Notes: generated from the letters alone by a model not told the origin. DNA of 32,000 nt from Nitrosospira multiformis ATCC 25196 (GCF_000196355.1 NC_007614.1:1-32000), one strand, 5' to 3'. Shown: positions 1 to 13,267, counted from the stretch's first letter. A program made the numbers and translations.

Positions 1-68
1 AACGGTCTAGAATATTCCGCTCACCTCGCTCGCAACTTCCGTTCCTTCCCCAACGAGTCATTAATATC

Positions 69-1499
69 ATGCTTGCACCGGATACCTTTTGGCTTGCCTG
101 TCTCGAATATTTTGAAAATGAACTGAGCGCGCAGCAATTCAATACCTGGATCAAACCCCTGCGCCTGCAACTGTCGGACGACTCGCCCGAGCCCGCCCTC
201 AGGCTGATCGCACCCAACCGTTTTGTCCTCCAGTGGGTAAAGGACAACTTTTTAAGCGACATCACGCAGATGGCGGAAAACCACTTCGCGCGTCCGGTTC
301 AGCTGCAGTTGGAGCTAGCCGGACAAATTCCGGCCAGCGCGTCCCCCTCGACTGGGAGGAATAACGGCACGGCTTCCCATTCGATTACTGCGGTGTTCGA
401 TGCGCCGACAGAATCAGCGCAAAAGGCCCCGAAGGATACGAAAGATACAAAGGATGCGAAGGAAAAACAGGAAAAAAATCCAACCCGACTGAATCCCTCT
501 TTCACCTTCAACACTTTCGTCACAGGAAAGGCAAACCAGCTGGCACGGGCCGGGGCTATTCAGGTTGCGGAACGTCCCGGCGTTGCTTATAACCCCTTCT
601 TCATCTACGGGGGGGTAGGATTGGGAAAAACCCACCTGATTCAAGCGATCGGCAATTTCGTTGTGGAGCAAAATCCGGCTGCCAAGGTTCGCTACATTCA
701 CTCGGAGCAATACGTTTCAGACGTAGTAAGGGCTTACCAACATAAGGCATTCGATGAATTCAAGCGCTACTATCATTCGCTGGACCTGCTGCTGATCGAC
801 GATATCCAGTTTTTTGGGGGAAAAAACCGTACGCAGGAAGAGTTTTTCTATGCCTTCAACGCCCTGATCGAAGCGCATAAGCAAGTCATCATCACCTGCG
901 ACTCTTACCCGAAGGAAATCGCGGGCATGGAAGAACGGTTGATTTCGCGTTTCGGGTGGGGCTTGACAGTAGCGGTGGAACCTCCTGAACTGGAAATGCG
1001 TGTCGCGATTCTCCTGAAGAAAGCGTTGATGGAAGATATCATTCTGGATGAAAGCGTCGCCTTTTTCATCGCAAAACACATTCGCTCCAACGTACGCGAA
1101 CTGGAGGGCGCTTTGAAAAGAGTGGTTGCTTACTCACGCTTCACCGGTCATGCCCTGACGCTGGATTTGGCACGGGAAGCATTGAAAGATCTACTGGCGG
1201 TACAGAACCGGCAAATCTCCATTGAAAACATTCAAAAAACAGTGGCGGATTACTACAAGATCAAGGTCGCCGAAATGTACTCCAAAAAGCGGTCGCGGGT
1301 TGTTGCCCGCCCCCGCCAAATGGCCATGGCCATCTCCAAGGAACTCACTCCTCTGAGCCTGCCCGATATCGGGGAAGCTTTCGGGGGTCGGGATCATACC
1401 ACCGTACTGCATGGATATCGGAAGATTGCCGAATTGCGCGCTTCCGATCCTGCCGTCAATCGTGACTTCAATACCTTACTGCACATTCTCCGCGGCTAA
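69..1499 (+). CDS. dnaA: Chromosomal replication initiator protein DnaA
   Basis: ORF of 476 aa. Walker A region [16 protein letters not shown], Walker [12 protein letters not shown]-terminal signature [16 protein letters not shown]. Confidence 0.98.
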   Translation: MLAPDTFWLACLEYFENELSAQQFNTWIKPLRLQLSDDSPEPALRLIAPNRFVLQWVKDNFLSDITQMAENHFARPVQLQLELAGQIPASASPSTGRNNGTASHSITAVFDAPTESAQKAPKDTKDTKDAKEKQEKNPTRLNPSFTFNTFVTGKANQLARAGAIQVAERPGVAYNPFFIYGGVGLGKTHLIQAIGNFVVEQNPAAKVRYIHSEQYVSDVVRAYQHKAFDEFKRYYHSLDLLLIDDIQFFGGKNRTQEEFFYAFNALIEAHKQVIITCDSYPKEIAGMEERLISRFGWGLTVAVEPPELEMRVAILLKKALMEDIILDESVAFFIAKHIRSNVRELEGALKRVVAYSRFTGHALTLDLAREALKDLLAVQNRQISIENIQKTVADYYKIKVAEMYSKKRSRVVARPRQMAMAISKELTPLSLPDIGEAFGGRDHTTVLHGYRKIAELRASDPAVNRDFNTLLHILRG

Positions 1500-1541
1500 T
1501 CACAAGCTGAACAAAAAACTGAAGTTAACATCAGGATGAAT

Positions 1542-1597
1542 TGGGGATAACTCATCGCTTTTATTTAGACTTTAATTCTGCTCACAAACTATCCACA
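1542..1597. promoter_or_regulatory. Candidate DnaA-box-like motifs in the AT-rich dnaA-dnaN intergenic region
   Basis: TTATCCCCA on the minus strand at 1542-1550 and CTATCCACA at 1589-1597. Each is one mismatch from TTATNCACA. They are followed by an AT-rich stretch up to the dnaN start. Confidence 0.35.
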
Positions 1598-1718
1598 GTC
1601 CATACCTTATTGATACAGAAATACAAAATAGCCTAATATGCTGATATCAGGCGAATTTCCCTACTTTTACCGGATTTCGCCATTTCTTATTAACTATTAC
1701 TAGCTTTACAATTAGAAA

Positions 1719-2828
1719 ATGAAACTGATAGAAGCCGACAGGGATACACTGCTCAAGCCTTTGCAAACGGTTACCGGTATTGTCGAGCGACGTCATACCT
1801 TACCCATCCTCTCCAACGTACTCATCGAGCGCAAGCAGGAAAACATTTCGTTTATCGCGACCGATCTTGAAATCCAGATTACTACCTCCACCACGGATGG
1901 GGGCAAGGTGAGGGAGGAATACTCGGTAACGGTTGCTGCAAAAAAGCTTCAGGATATATTGCGCGCACTCCCCGAGAAAATGCGGGTGACGTTGGAAACG
2001 AACGATAGTCGTCTTCAGGCCAAGGCGGGAAAAAGTCGCTTCAATCTGCAAACACTTCCTGCTGAAGATTTTCCAAAATTCCCCGAAAGTAATGAAACGC
2101 AGGGAACAGTCAAGGTCCAGCAGAAGGAACTGAAGCATCTCTTGGCGATGGTACAGTATGCCATGGCTCACCAGGACATTCGCTACTACCTGAATGGGCT
2201 GCTGTTATTGCTGGAAAACAATCAACTGAAAGTGGTTGCCACCGATGGCCATCGGTTGGCATTCGCCCTGATGATGCTCGAGACATCATTGGAAAGAAAG
2301 GAAGTCATTCTTCCTCGCAAAGTGGTGCTCGAATTATCCCGGCTATTGAATGAAACCGAGGACCCGGTAACCATAGAGGTTCTTCAGAACCAGGTGCGTT
2401 TTACCTTCTCCAATGTCGTTCTGGTATCCAAAGTGGTCGATGGAAAATTTCCGGACTATAACCGCGTCATTCCCACCGGCTATCAGAAGCAATTCGACAT
2501 AAACCGTCTGTTACTACTTCAGACACTGCAACGCGCTGCAATCCTGTCCAATGAAAAATTTCGCGGAGTCCGTCTCATCCTTACCGCCGACAATCTTCGA
2601 ATCGTCTGCAATAACAGCGAACAGGAAGAAGCGCAGGAAGAACTGGAACTTCAATACAATGGAGACGGTCTCGACATCGGCTTCAACATTACTTATCTGC
2701 TTGATGTGCTGAACAATGCGGACAGTGAAACAGTAACGTGTGCATTTGGCGATGCCAACAGCAGTGCGTTGATTACCATTCCAGGTAACGACAGTTTCAA
2801 ATATGTGGTCATGCCCATGCGCATATGA
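1719..2828 (+). CDS. dnaN: DNA polymerase III beta sliding clamp
   Basis: ORF of 369 aa directly downstream of dnaA. Beta-clamp features include MKLIEADRDTLLKPLQTVTGIVERRHTLPILSNVLI and the C-terminus YVVMPMRI. Confidence 0.97.
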   Translation: MKLIEADRDTLLKPLQTVTGIVERRHTLPILSNVLIERKQENISFIATDLEIQITTSTTDGGKVREEYSVTVAAKKLQDILRALPEKMRVTLETNDSRLQAKAGKSRFNLQTLPAEDFPKFPESNETQGTVKVQQKELKHLLAMVQYAMAHQDIRYYLNGLLLLLENNQLKVVATDGHRLAFALMMLETSLERKEVILPRKVVLELSRLLNETEDPVTIEVLQNQVRFTFSNVVLVSKVVDGKFPDYNRVIPTGYQKQFDINRLLLLQTLQRAAILSNEKFRGVRLILTADNLRIVCNNSEQEEAQEELELQYNGDGLDIGFNITYLLDVLNNADSETVTCAFGDANSSALITIPGNDSFKYVVMPMRI

Positions 2829-2894
2829 GGTAAATGTCAGGTCATTCACAGGCTTTGCAGCTTCACAGGGGCAAAAGCGTCCCTCGGTCGGTTA

Positions 2895-2903
2895 TGGTAT
2901 AAT
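2895..2903 (+). promoter_or_regulatory. Candidate extended -10 promoter element upstream of gyrB
   Basis: ATGGTATAAT context, i.e. TGnTATAAT with the TATAAT at 2898-2903, in the dnaN-gyrB gap. No clear -35. Confidence 0.35.
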
Positions 2904-3135
2904 CCTTTGATTACTGCACGGCATTTTCCTGTATTGCAGACTCAGCTACGATCTTTGTTGAGTTTCCTTGAGCCTTCCCTGAGTGGCTTCCTGAGCCCTG
3001 ATCCCACAGGTGAGTGAAAACCGGCTCTCCGTAGCGTTTGCTCTAGATGTTTCCCGATAGCAGTCAGCAGGATTTGCAATAAAGTCATTGCGAATCCGTC
3101 AGTGTGGAAGGGAGTGGATATTTCGTTTCAAATAA

Positions 3136-5589
<2,454 letters not shown>

Positions 5590-5708
5590 CTGATGCGTCA
5601 ATTGCCTCGAACCAATACGTGAAGATGGCACTGCTACTTCGCCTCATAGATGGCGTCTTGACGCAATCCGCATCTTTAGATGGTAAACTCCCAGTTTTTC
5701 AATAAAAA

Positions 5709-5717
5709 TTATTCACA
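5709..5717 (+). promoter_or_regulatory. Consensus-matching DnaA box (TTATTCACA) upstream of glyA
   Basis: Exact TTATNCACA match in the gyrB-glyA intergenic gap. Function not established. Confidence 0.35.
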
Positions 5718-5729
5718 GGTTTTAACAAC

Positions 5730-6980
5730 ATGCTGTCCTCATACAATACTCTCGAAACCGTCGACCCCGATCTCTGGCAAGCCATCAAAGGCGAGATGCA
5801 GCGCCAGGAAGAATATATCGAGCTGATTGCTTCGGAGAATTATGCAAGTCCTGCAGTGATGCAAGCGCAGGGCTCGGTGCTGACTAACAAGTATGCCGAG
5901 GGTTATCCCGGCAAGCGCTACTACGGCGGCTGCGAGTATGTGGATGTCGTGGAACAGCTGGCAATCGACCGGGTAAGGGCGCTGTTCGACGCGGAGTATG
6001 TCAACGTCCAGCCGCATTCGGGCTCACAGGCCAACGCGGCAGTCTATCTGACCGCCTTGAAGCCGGGAGATACTCTGCTGGGGATGTCGCTCGCGCATGG
6101 CGGGCATCTGACACATGGCGCTTCGGTCAATCTCAGCGGCAAGATTTTCAATGCCGTTTCCTATGGCCTTCGTTCTGATACCGAAGAGCTGGACTATGAC
6201 GAGGTTGCGCGCCTGGCGCACGAGCATAAGCCCAAGCTGATCGTGGCAGGGGCTTCGGCTTACTCGCTGGTGATAGACTGGAAGCGCTTCCGTAAGATTG
6301 CCGACGATATAGGGGCCTATCTGTTCGTGGATATGGCGCATTATGCGGGACTGGTTGCGGCAGGATACTATCCCAATCCCGTCGGCATCGCCGATTTCGT
6401 CACGAGCACCACCCACAAGACGCTGCGCGGTCCGCGGGGCGGGATCATCATGGCCAGGGCCGAGCATGAAAAAGCGCTCAATTCCGCTATTTTCCCGCAA
6501 ACCCAGGGGGGGCCGTTGATGCATGTCATTGCCGCCAAGGCAGTAGCCTTCAAGGAAGCCGCCAGCCAGGAGTTCAAGGACTACCAGGAACAGGTAATCG
6601 ACAATGCGCGCGTAATGGCGAAAGTGTTGCAGGAGCGCGGATTGCGCATCGTCTCGGGGCGCACCGACTGCCACATGTTTCTGGTGGACCTCCGCCCCAA
6701 GTATATTACCGGCAAGCAGGCCGCCGAATCGCTGGAAGTGGCGCATATCACCGTCAACAAAAATGCGATTCCCAACGACCCGCAGAAACCCTTCGTCACC
6801 AGTGGGATTCGAATCGGCTCTCCCGCCATCACCACCCGCGGCTTTGCCGAATTCGAATCCGAACAACTGGCTCATCTGATAGCTGATGTACTGGAAGCGC
6901 CGACCGATTCCTCGGTGCTCACGGAGGTTGCACGCCAGGCAAAAGCGCTATGTGCAAAATTTCCGGTTTACCAAGGGTAA
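5730..6980 (+). CDS. glyA: Serine hydroxymethyltransferase
   Basis: ORF of 416 aa. [41 protein letters not shown] and the PLP-lysine region [15 protein letters not shown]. Confidence 0.98.
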   Translation: MLSSYNTLETVDPDLWQAIKGEMQRQEEYIELIASENYASPAVMQAQGSVLTNKYAEGYPGKRYYGGCEYVDVVEQLAIDRVRALFDAEYVNVQPHSGSQANAAVYLTALKPGDTLLGMSLAHGGHLTHGASVNLSGKIFNAVSYGLRSDTEELDYDEVARLAHEHKPKLIVAGASAYSLVIDWKRFRKIADDIGAYLFVDMAHYAGLVAAGYYPNPVGIADFVTSTTHKTLRGPRGGIIMARAEHEKALNSAIFPQTQGGPLMHVIAAKAVAFKEAASQEFKDYQEQVIDNARVMAKVLQERGLRIVSGRTDCHMFLVDLRPKYITGKQAAESLEVAHITVNKNAIPNDPQKPFVTSGIRIGSPAITTRGFAEFESEQLAHLIADVLEAPTDSSVLTEVARQAKALCAKFPVYQG

Positions 6981-7109
6981 TCGCGCAATGGAGCGGCGCA
7001 TTCTGACGTCGCTTCCTCGTCTCGGCATAGTCGATCTGGTCGATCTTAAGCTGGATCAATTTGCTTCGGCTCCAGGGTTGAAGCCGGCCGAACGGTTCCA
7101 GGTTGACGC

Positions 7110-7589
7110 ATGAAGTGTCCTTTCTGCCATACGCCCGATACGAGCGTGATCGACTCCAGGGTGAGCGAGGAAGGCGACAGGATACGCCGCCGCCGGCGCT
7201 GCCCCCACTGTGACAAACGCTTCACCACTTATGAAACCGTGGAATTGCGGTTGCCGCAGGTCGTAAAACAGGATGGCAATCGCGCCGAGTTCGATCGCGA
7301 AAAATTGCGTACCGGTTTCGTACGCGCATTGCACAAGCGTCCGGTTTCGGCAGAGGATGTGGAAGCGGCAATGAATCGCGTCGTCCAGAAGCTGCTAAGC
7401 TTGGGTGAACGGGAGATCGCCTCGCACAAGATTGGCGAGATGGTGATGGGAGAACTCTATAAACTGGACAAGGTCGCGTACATTCGCTTTGCTTCTGTCT
7501 ATCGAAGTTTTCAGGGGGCGGCCGATTTCGACGATGCAATCCGGGAACTGCAAGGATCAGATAGCAGGAAAGAACCGGACAAACCCTGA
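7110..7589 (+). CDS. nrdR: Transcriptional repressor NrdR (Zn-ribbon/ATP-cone)
   Basis: ORF of 159 aa. [42 protein letters not shown], followed by an ATP-cone-like region. Confidence 0.97.
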   Translation: MKCPFCHTPDTSVIDSRVSEEGDRIRRRRRCPHCDKRFTTYETVELRLPQVVKQDGNRAEFDREKLRTGFVRALHKRPVSAEDVEAAMNRVVQKLLSLGEREIASHKIGEMVMGELYKLDKVAYIRFASVYRSFQGAADFDDAIRELQGSDSRKEPDKP

Positions 7590-7691
7590 TTCACACGTTT
7601 TACCTTCTGTATTGTGTTTTTCCGGCAGATCCCACAAGCGCCGCGTCTGCGCTTGAGTTCCACGCTGAATTTGCAGTTTCGCCTCTGAACA

Positions 7692-8804
7692 ATGGAGTTT
7701 CCAATGTTCTCGCCAACCGATTACCGCTTCATGGCCCAGGCGCTGCGGCTTGCAGAAAAAGGGCTTTATAGTACAAGCCCGAACCCCCGCGTGGGTTGTG
7801 TGCTGGTACGCGATGGACAGGTGGTGGGTACGGGCTGGCACGAACGCGCTGGCGAAGCGCATGCGGAAATAAATGCACTGGCTGCCGCCGGACCGGCAGC
7901 CCGGGGCGCCCTTGCCTATCTCACGCTGGAGCCGTGCAGTCACTATGGCCGCACTCCACCCTGCGCCGATGCCCTGGTTCAGGCAGGTGTCGCGAAAGTC
8001 ATTACAGCCATGCAGGACCCGAATCCCCTCGTGGCCGGTCGCGGCTGCGCCCTTCTGGAAGAGGCGGGGATAGAAGTGAAAACCGGCTTGATGGAAGCGG
8101 AAGCGAAAGCTTTGAATATCGGATTTGTCTCGCGCATGACCCGCGGTCGTCCCTGGGTCAGGGTCAAGATCGCGGCAAGTCTCGATGGCAAGACGGCGCT
8201 CAACAACGGGTCCAGTCAATGGATCACGAGCGCGGCGGCACGCCGGGACGGGCACCGCTGGCGCGCCCGTTCCTGCGCGGTAATGACCGGCATTGGTACG
8301 GTGTTGGCCGATGACCCGCAGCTCACGGTGCGCCATATCCATACCTCCAGGCAACCTATGCCGGTAGTGGTGGACAGGGGACTGGATATACCGCTGGATG
8401 CAGGATTGCTGCGAGGCGCAGGCGAACTGGTTTTTACCGCTGCTGCCAGTGAAGGCAAAATTGTCGCGTTACGGGACGTGGGGGCGCACGTCATCCTGTT
8501 GCCGGATAGCGCTGGCAACGTGGATCTGGCTGCTATGATGCGACGGCTTGCGGATCTCGAAATAAACGAAGTGCTGGTGGAGGCGGGATCCGGCTTGAAT
8601 GGAGGGCTTATCCAGGCGGATTTGGTGGATGAGTTCGTCATTTATCTTGCCCCCTGTCTGATCGGGAATGCGGCGCGGGACATGCTCAAATTACCGGAAC
8701 TCTCGAATCTGGAAGACAAGCGAGCCCTCAAGATCCACAATGTACGCGCCGTGGGGCAGGATATTCGCATTATTGCCCGTGGCCCTGACGGGATGGCTAC
8801 ATAA
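7692..8804 (+). CDS. ribD: Bifunctional riboflavin biosynthesis deaminase/reductase RibD
   Basis: ORF of 370 aa. SPNPRVGCVLV, HAEINAL and TLEPCSHYGRTPPCADAL form the deaminase zinc site, followed by the reductase domain (VRVKIAASLDGKTAL). Confidence 0.96.
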   Translation: MEFPMFSPTDYRFMAQALRLAEKGLYSTSPNPRVGCVLVRDGQVVGTGWHERAGEAHAEINALAAAGPAARGALAYLTLEPCSHYGRTPPCADALVQAGVAKVITAMQDPNPLVAGRGCALLEEAGIEVKTGLMEAEAKALNIGFVSRMTRGRPWVRVKIAASLDGKTALNNGSSQWITSAAARRDGHRWRARSCAVMTGIGTVLADDPQLTVRHIHTSRQPMPVVVDRGLDIPLDAGLLRGAGELVFTAAASEGKIVALRDVGAHVILLPDSAGNVDLAAMMRRLADLEINEVLVEAGSGLNGGLIQADLVDEFVIYLAPCLIGNAARDMLKLPELSNLEDKRALKIHNVRAVGQDIRIIARGPDGMAT

Positions 8805-8890
8805 TTTGAATGGATTCTTTTATTTCTTGCTGAATCTTCATGTAAGTTAGCATACACTTTCTCGGGATGTGGCAGAATGAAAGGAGCGGC

Positions 8891-9454
8891 TCATGTTTTC
8901 GCGGGATACTTGGTGAGCTTCCGCTGCAATGTCCGCCGGTGCATGTTAAGGACGCGCGCCGTTACAGAAACGTTCCCCTTGTTCTCGTTGAGTACGCGCT
9001 GAATATACTCCCACTCAAGCCGCCCCACGGACAGGGGGTGAGCGCTGATCTGCACGTCTGCATCCCCGGTCGTGCGCTCGAACGCCGCCATGATTTCATG
9101 AACGTCGACCGGCTTCGCGAGATAGTGGGTGGCGCCGAGTTTGATGGCTTCGACCGCGGTAGCGATGCTGGCGTAGCCTGTCAGCATGACGATACGCGTG
9201 CCGGGATCGAGTGCTTTCAGCTTTTCGACCAGGGATAATCCGGAAGGACCGGGCAGTCTGAGATCGACAACGGCATACTCCGGGGCGCAGGCCTCCGCAA
9301 GCTCCAGTGCCTGATCCACGTTATGCGCGCAGGTGACGGTGAATCCGCGTTTGGTCATTGCATTGGCAAGAACCGTACAAAAGGTCTGGTCATCATCCAC
9401 AATCAGCAAGGCGGGACGATCATCCACTTCTGTCATGGGTAACGTTGTTGTCAT
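8891..9454 (-). CDS. regA: Response regulator of the RegA/PrrA/ActR redox family
   Basis: 187 aa. Receiver domain (LLIVDDDQTF, VVDLRLPGPSGLSLV, MLTGYASIATAVEAIKLGATHYLAKP) plus the Fis-like C-terminus NVSVTARVLNMHRRTLQRKL typical of RegA. Overlaps the upstream kinase gene by 4 nt. Confidence 0.88.
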   Translation of the reverse strand: MTTTLPMTEVDDRPALLIVDDDQTFCTVLANAMTKRGFTVTCAHNVDQALELAEACAPEYAVVDLRLPGPSGLSLVEKLKALDPGTRIVMLTGYASIATAVEAIKLGATHYLAKPVDVHEIMAAFERTTGDADVQISAHPLSVGRLEWEYIQRVLNENKGNVSVTARVLNMHRRTLQRKLTKYPAKT

Positions 9455-10776
9455 ATCGATGGCTGTATCAGAGGAAGTATGACTTGGGTACAGGCGCCGC
9501 CTTCACGATTGGTCAGGCGTACCTTGCCGCCAAAGCGTTCGATGTTTGCATTTGCCAGAAACAGGCCGATGCCGAAACCCTGTCCTTTTGTTTTGGTGGT
9601 GAAAAAGGGCTGGCCGGCGCGCTGGGCCGCCTCTCCTCTCAGTCCTTCTCCATAATCGAGTATCTGCAGATGCAGCTCCTGATGACTCCAGGTAACTTCT
9701 ATCTCGATGTGTTTCAAGGATGCGTCCGCCGCATTATTCAACAGATTCAAAATGGACTGGCTCAGCAATTGCGTGTTCAGAATCTGGGGAGCCGGCTGCA
9801 CTCCGCTGCCGCGATAGGTAAACTGGGCAGAGGGCCGCATCAATTGCCATTTATCCACAACCTGGCGCAAAAAAAGATCGACCGTCTGGCCACTGACATC
9901 TTCGGCGCGTGCCTGCCCCGCATCCGCCAGCAATTGCGTCAGGGTGCGCTTGCAGTGCGCGATCTGATCCCGCAGAATTCTGATATTGCCTTGAAATTCG
10001 GTATCGTCGATATATTCGTCCTGCAATTCCCCCGTGACTATCGCCATGGTTGCCAGCGGGGTGCCCAGTTCATGCGCGGCGCCGGCGGCCAGCGTTCCGA
10101 GCGCAATGATCTGCTCATTACGCAATGCCTGCTCACGCGCCAACGCCAGGTCCTTGTCGCGTTCGCGGATCGATATGCCCATCTTGACAACGAACCACGC
10201 GATCAATACCGTGCTCAGGACGAAAGCCAGCCACATCCCGGACACATGCATGATGAATTCGCTGCCATGTTCTTCGTGGTTATGGGGCAGGGGCACATAA
10301 TAAAACAGCAACAGCGTATAGCAACTTATGGTGATGGCAGCCATCACCCAGGTATAAGCCCATGGCAGCGCAGCCGCGGCAATAGTCAGAGGCAGAAGGT
10401 ATAGCGAGATAAATGGATTGGTCGAGCCGCCGCTGAGATAAAGCAGCGTGCTTAAAGCAAGGACGTCCACCAGGAGTTGTGCAAAGAACTCCATGCTGGA
10501 AACCGGCCATTTCCGATGGAGACGTATCCAGGTCGCCAGGTTCACCACCCCCAGCAAGACCGCAACCGCGACCATTTCCGCCCAGGGCAATTCCAGTTCG
10601 AGCCCCCAGTAAGCCAGTGCAAAGGTCAGGCACTGGGCCGCGATGACGATATTCCGGAGCAGGAATAAACGTTGCAGATTCTTGCGGAGGGGTGGCTGGC
10701 CGGGATTTACAAGCATTTTCGTCGCGGATTCTCTCGTGCACGGGGGAGCCTTGAGAACTTCCCTGGGCTTCTCCAA
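9451..10776 (-). CDS. regB: Membrane sensor histidine kinase of the RegB/PrrB/ActS family
   Basis: 441 aa. Multiple TM segments, GGSTNPF heptad (matches the GGxxNPF quinone-site motif), H-box TLAAGAAHELGTPLATMAI, conserved Cys in AHCKRTL, ATPase motif GQGFGIGLFLANANIERFGG. Confidence 0.87.
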   Translation of the reverse strand: MEKPREVLKAPPCTRESATKMLVNPGQPPLRKNLQRLFLLRNIVIAAQCLTFALAYWGLELELPWAEMVAVAVLLGVVNLATWIRLHRKWPVSSMEFFAQLLVDVLALSTLLYLSGGSTNPFISLYLLPLTIAAAALPWAYTWVMAAITISCYTLLLFYYVPLPHNHEEHGSEFIMHVSGMWLAFVLSTVLIAWFVVKMGISIRERDKDLALAREQALRNEQIIALGTLAAGAAHELGTPLATMAIVTGELQDEYIDDTEFQGNIRILRDQIAHCKRTLTQLLADAGQARAEDVSGQTVDLFLRQVVDKWQLMRPSAQFTYRGSGVQPAPQILNTQLLSQSILNLLNNAADASLKHIEIEVTWSHQELHLQILDYGEGLRGEAAQRAGQPFFTTKTKGQGFGIGLFLANANIERFGGKVRLTNREGGACTQVILPLIQPSI

Positions 10777-10820
10777 GGCTTCGCTATATTATCCCCGAAC
10801 ATTAGCGTATATTGCCATGC

Positions 10821-10851
10821 AGGACCATGCGGCAAATTGCCGCATGGTCCT
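10821..10851. repeat. Long near-perfect hairpin in the regB-like/ribE divergent intergenic region
   Basis: AGGACCATGCGGCAA-A-TTGCCGCATGGTCCT: 15-nt arms around a single A. This folds realistically as a 13-bp stem with an AAATT loop. No U-tract follows on the + strand. Confidence 0.85.
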
Positions 10852-10911
10852 ACAAAGCAAAGGGAAAAAGGAACAATATCGCTATGCATATTTGAAAGCA
10901 GGAAAGACCCG

Positions 10912-11538
10912 ATGTTCACAGGAATTGTCGAGGCTGTCGGCGAGATCAAGACGGCCAATCCACAGAAAAATGGCTTAAGCTTACGCATTGCGCCCGGCAA
11001 GCTGTCTCTGGCAGAGACAAAAGTCGGCGATAGCATCGCGGTGAATGGCGTATGCCTCACCGTTACTGGGCTGGCAGACAATCTGTTATCTGTAGATGTC
11101 TCGGGCGAAACATTGCAGTGCACGCAAGGACTGGATAAACCGGGCGGAAAGGTTAATCTCGAAAAATCGCTGCGCCTGTCGGACGGGCTGGATGGGCACC
11201 TCGTCAGCGGTCATGTCGACGGAGTTGGAGAGGTGACAAAGTTTCAGCCCCTGGGTGAAAGCAGCCTGCTTGCGATCCGGTTGCCGGATTCGCTGCTGAA
11301 ATATATTGCTAAAAAAGGTTCAATCACGGTGAATGGCGTGAGTTTGACGGTCAACCGGGTAGAGCGTGACGAATTGGAGATCAACCTCATTCCTCATACG
11401 CTAGCTGAAACGACACTGAAAGAATTGAAAGCGGGTGCCAGGGTAAATGTGGAAGTGGATATGCTCGCACGCTACGTGGAGCGCCTCCTACTGGCGATGG
11501 ACGACAAGCACAGGAGCGAGAGCTCGGTTCAGACATGA
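10912..11538 (+). CDS. ribE: Riboflavin synthase alpha subunit
   Basis: 208 aa from MFTGIVEAVGEI. This is a trimmed start inside the 10672..11538 ORF. Internal duplicated lumazine-binding motifs: GDSIAVNGVCLTV and GSITVNGVSLTVN. Confidence 0.96.
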   Translation: MFTGIVEAVGEIKTANPQKNGLSLRIAPGKLSLAETKVGDSIAVNGVCLTVTGLADNLLSVDVSGETLQCTQGLDKPGGKVNLEKSLRLSDGLDGHLVSGHVDGVGEVTKFQPLGESSLLAIRLPDSLLKYIAKKGSITVNGVSLTVNRVERDELEINLIPHTLAETTLKELKAGARVNVEVDMLARYVERLLLAMDDKHRSESSVQT

Positions 11539-12668
11539 TCATCAGTTCAATTCAGGAAATCATTGCTGACATCAAGACCGGCCGCATGGTCATTCTCGTC
11601 GATGAGGAAAACCGCGAAAACGAGGGGGACCTGGTTCTGGCGGCGGATTTCATTACACCGGCAGCCATCAACTTCATGGCAACGTACGGACGCGGCCTGA
11701 TCTGCCTGACGTTGATGGAGGAACGTTGCCGCCAGCTCAACCTGCCTCTGATGGTGGCGGCTAACCGGTCTCCGCTCGGCACCAATTTCACGGTTTCCAT
11801 CGAAGCCGCGACCGGGGTGACCACGGGCATTTCCGCTGCTGACCGCGCACGCACGGTACAGGTGGCCGTGAACCGGGGCGCAAAACCGGATGACATCGTC
11901 CAGCCGGGGCATATTTTCCCCCTGATGGCGCAAAACGGCGGCGTGCTCGTGCGCGCCGGCCACACGGAAGCTGGTTGCGATCTGGCGCATCTGGCGGGAC
12001 TCACCCCCGCCTCCGTGATCTGCGAAATACTGAATGAAGACGGGAGCATGGCGCGCCTACCCGATCTGGTCGAGTTTGCGGCAAAGCATCAACTCAAGAT
12101 AGGTGCGATAGCCGACCTCATCCATTATCGCAGCCGTACGGAAAGCCTGGTGGAACGGATTGTAGAACGTCCCCTCCAGACTGCGCACGGCAGATTCCAG
12201 CTCGTTGCCTACCTGGACAAAACCGTCAATACTGTCCACCTGGCGTTGGTAAAGGGGGCTATCGCTCCCGACGATGAAACCCTGGTAAGAGTGCATGAGC
12301 CTCTTTCGGTCATGGACCTTCTCGATCTGGAGGATGATACCCACTCCTGGAATCTGAACGAGGCCCTGCGCATCATCAGCGATGCGGGACGCGGCGTTAT
12401 CGTACTGCTTCATTGCGGGGAAAGCGGGTCCGGGCTGATGGAAAGGGTGTTGCCGGCAAAGCTGCCGCATCGTCCGGTCGCCAAGCCCGACCTGCGCAAT
12501 TATGGTATTGGCGCGCAGATCCTCAAGGATCTCAACGTGAGGAAGATGCGCTTACTGGCTGTTCCCCGAAAAATGCCGAGCATGGCGGGCTTCGGACTTG
12601 AAGTCACCGGCTATCTGGAGCCGGAAGATAAAAGCCGGCTGGCGGAAAGCCGCCAAGCGGTCCGTTGA
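11535..12668 (+). CDS. ribBA: 3,4-dihydroxy-2-butanone-4-phosphate synthase / GTP cyclohydrolase II-like fusion
   Basis: 377 aa. RibB part [22 protein letters not shown]...[14 protein letters not shown] and a C-terminal GTP-cyclohydrolase-II-like domain. 4-nt overlap with ribE. The C-terminal half should be checked for the full zinc site. Confidence 0.93.
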   Translation: MIISSIQEIIADIKTGRMVILVDEENRENEGDLVLAADFITPAAINFMATYGRGLICLTLMEERCRQLNLPLMVAANRSPLGTNFTVSIEAATGVTTGISAADRARTVQVAVNRGAKPDDIVQPGHIFPLMAQNGGVLVRAGHTEAGCDLAHLAGLTPASVICEILNEDGSMARLPDLVEFAAKHQLKIGAIADLIHYRSRTESLVERIVERPLQTAHGRFQLVAYLDKTVNTVHLALVKGAIAPDDETLVRVHEPLSVMDLLDLEDDTHSWNLNEALRIISDAGRGVIVLLHCGESGSGLMERVLPAKLPHRPVAKPDLRNYGIGAQILKDLNVRKMRLLAVPRKMPSMAGFGLEVTGYLEPEDKSRLAESRQAVR

Positions 12669-12784
12669 TAATTTTTTGAACCCGCAATTTGAGCCTGCAA
12701 TCCGCCAATGAATAAGAGGCGGCGGGCTGATATATTCGAACGTTTCTCCAACCTTTGCACCCAGATCTTGTTACAGGAGCGAAC

Positions 12785-13267
12785 ATGGCACGATACGAAA
12801 ACATTCTTGAGCTCGAACCTAATCTCAACGGGGAGGATCTCAGCATTGGCATTGTCATGAGCCGCTTTAATATCGAGGCAAGCGAGGGATTGCTGGGCGC
12901 GTGCGTGGAGGAATTGATGAAACAGGGCGTCGATGCAGGGAATGTCGTCCTGGTTTCGGTCCCCGGGGCGCTTGAAATCCCTTTGGCGTTGCAAAAGATG
13001 GCCTTGACCGACCAGTTCGATGCGCTGATCGCTCTGGGCGCAGTCATACGCGGAGAGACATACCATTTCGAAATCGTTTCCGAGCAATCCACCAACGGGG
13101 TTTCCACCGTGCAGCTGGATACGGGCATTCCCATTGCCAACGGCATACTCACGACTAATACCGACGACCAGGCGCTGGCGCGCATGAGCCAGAAGGGTGC
13201 CGAAGCGGCGCGGGTCGCGATTGAGATGGCCAACCTGCAAAGAACGCTCGATGAAATGGAGCAATGA
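12785..13267 (+). CDS. ribH: 6,7-dimethyl-8-ribityllumazine synthase
   Basis: 160 aa from [29 protein letters not shown] (trimmed start). [47 protein letters not shown]. Confidence 0.96.
   Translation: MARYENILELEPNLNGEDLSIGIVMSRFNIEASEGLLGACVEELMKQGVDAGNVVLVSVPGALEIPLALQKMALTDQFDALIALGAVIRGETYHFEIVSEQSTNGVSTVQLDTGIPIANGILTTNTDDQALARMSQKGAEAARVAIEMANLQRTLDEMEQ

Noticed and set aside
9358-10404. 348-aa plus-strand ORF opposite the RegB-like kinase
   Set aside because: The kinase frame carries diagnostic motifs (GGSTNPF, AAHELGTPLA), whereas this one carries none.
10821-10851. Calling the long hairpin a Rho-independent terminator
   Set aside because: It lies between divergent genes and is followed by TACAAAGCAAAGGG rather than a U-tract, so a terminator role is unlikely.
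10777-10911. FMN riboswitch upstream of ribE
   Set aside because: I looked for RFN-type conserved blocks (such as the GGGNNGAAATTCCCNACCGGCGGT core) and found none. Covariance-model search would settle it.
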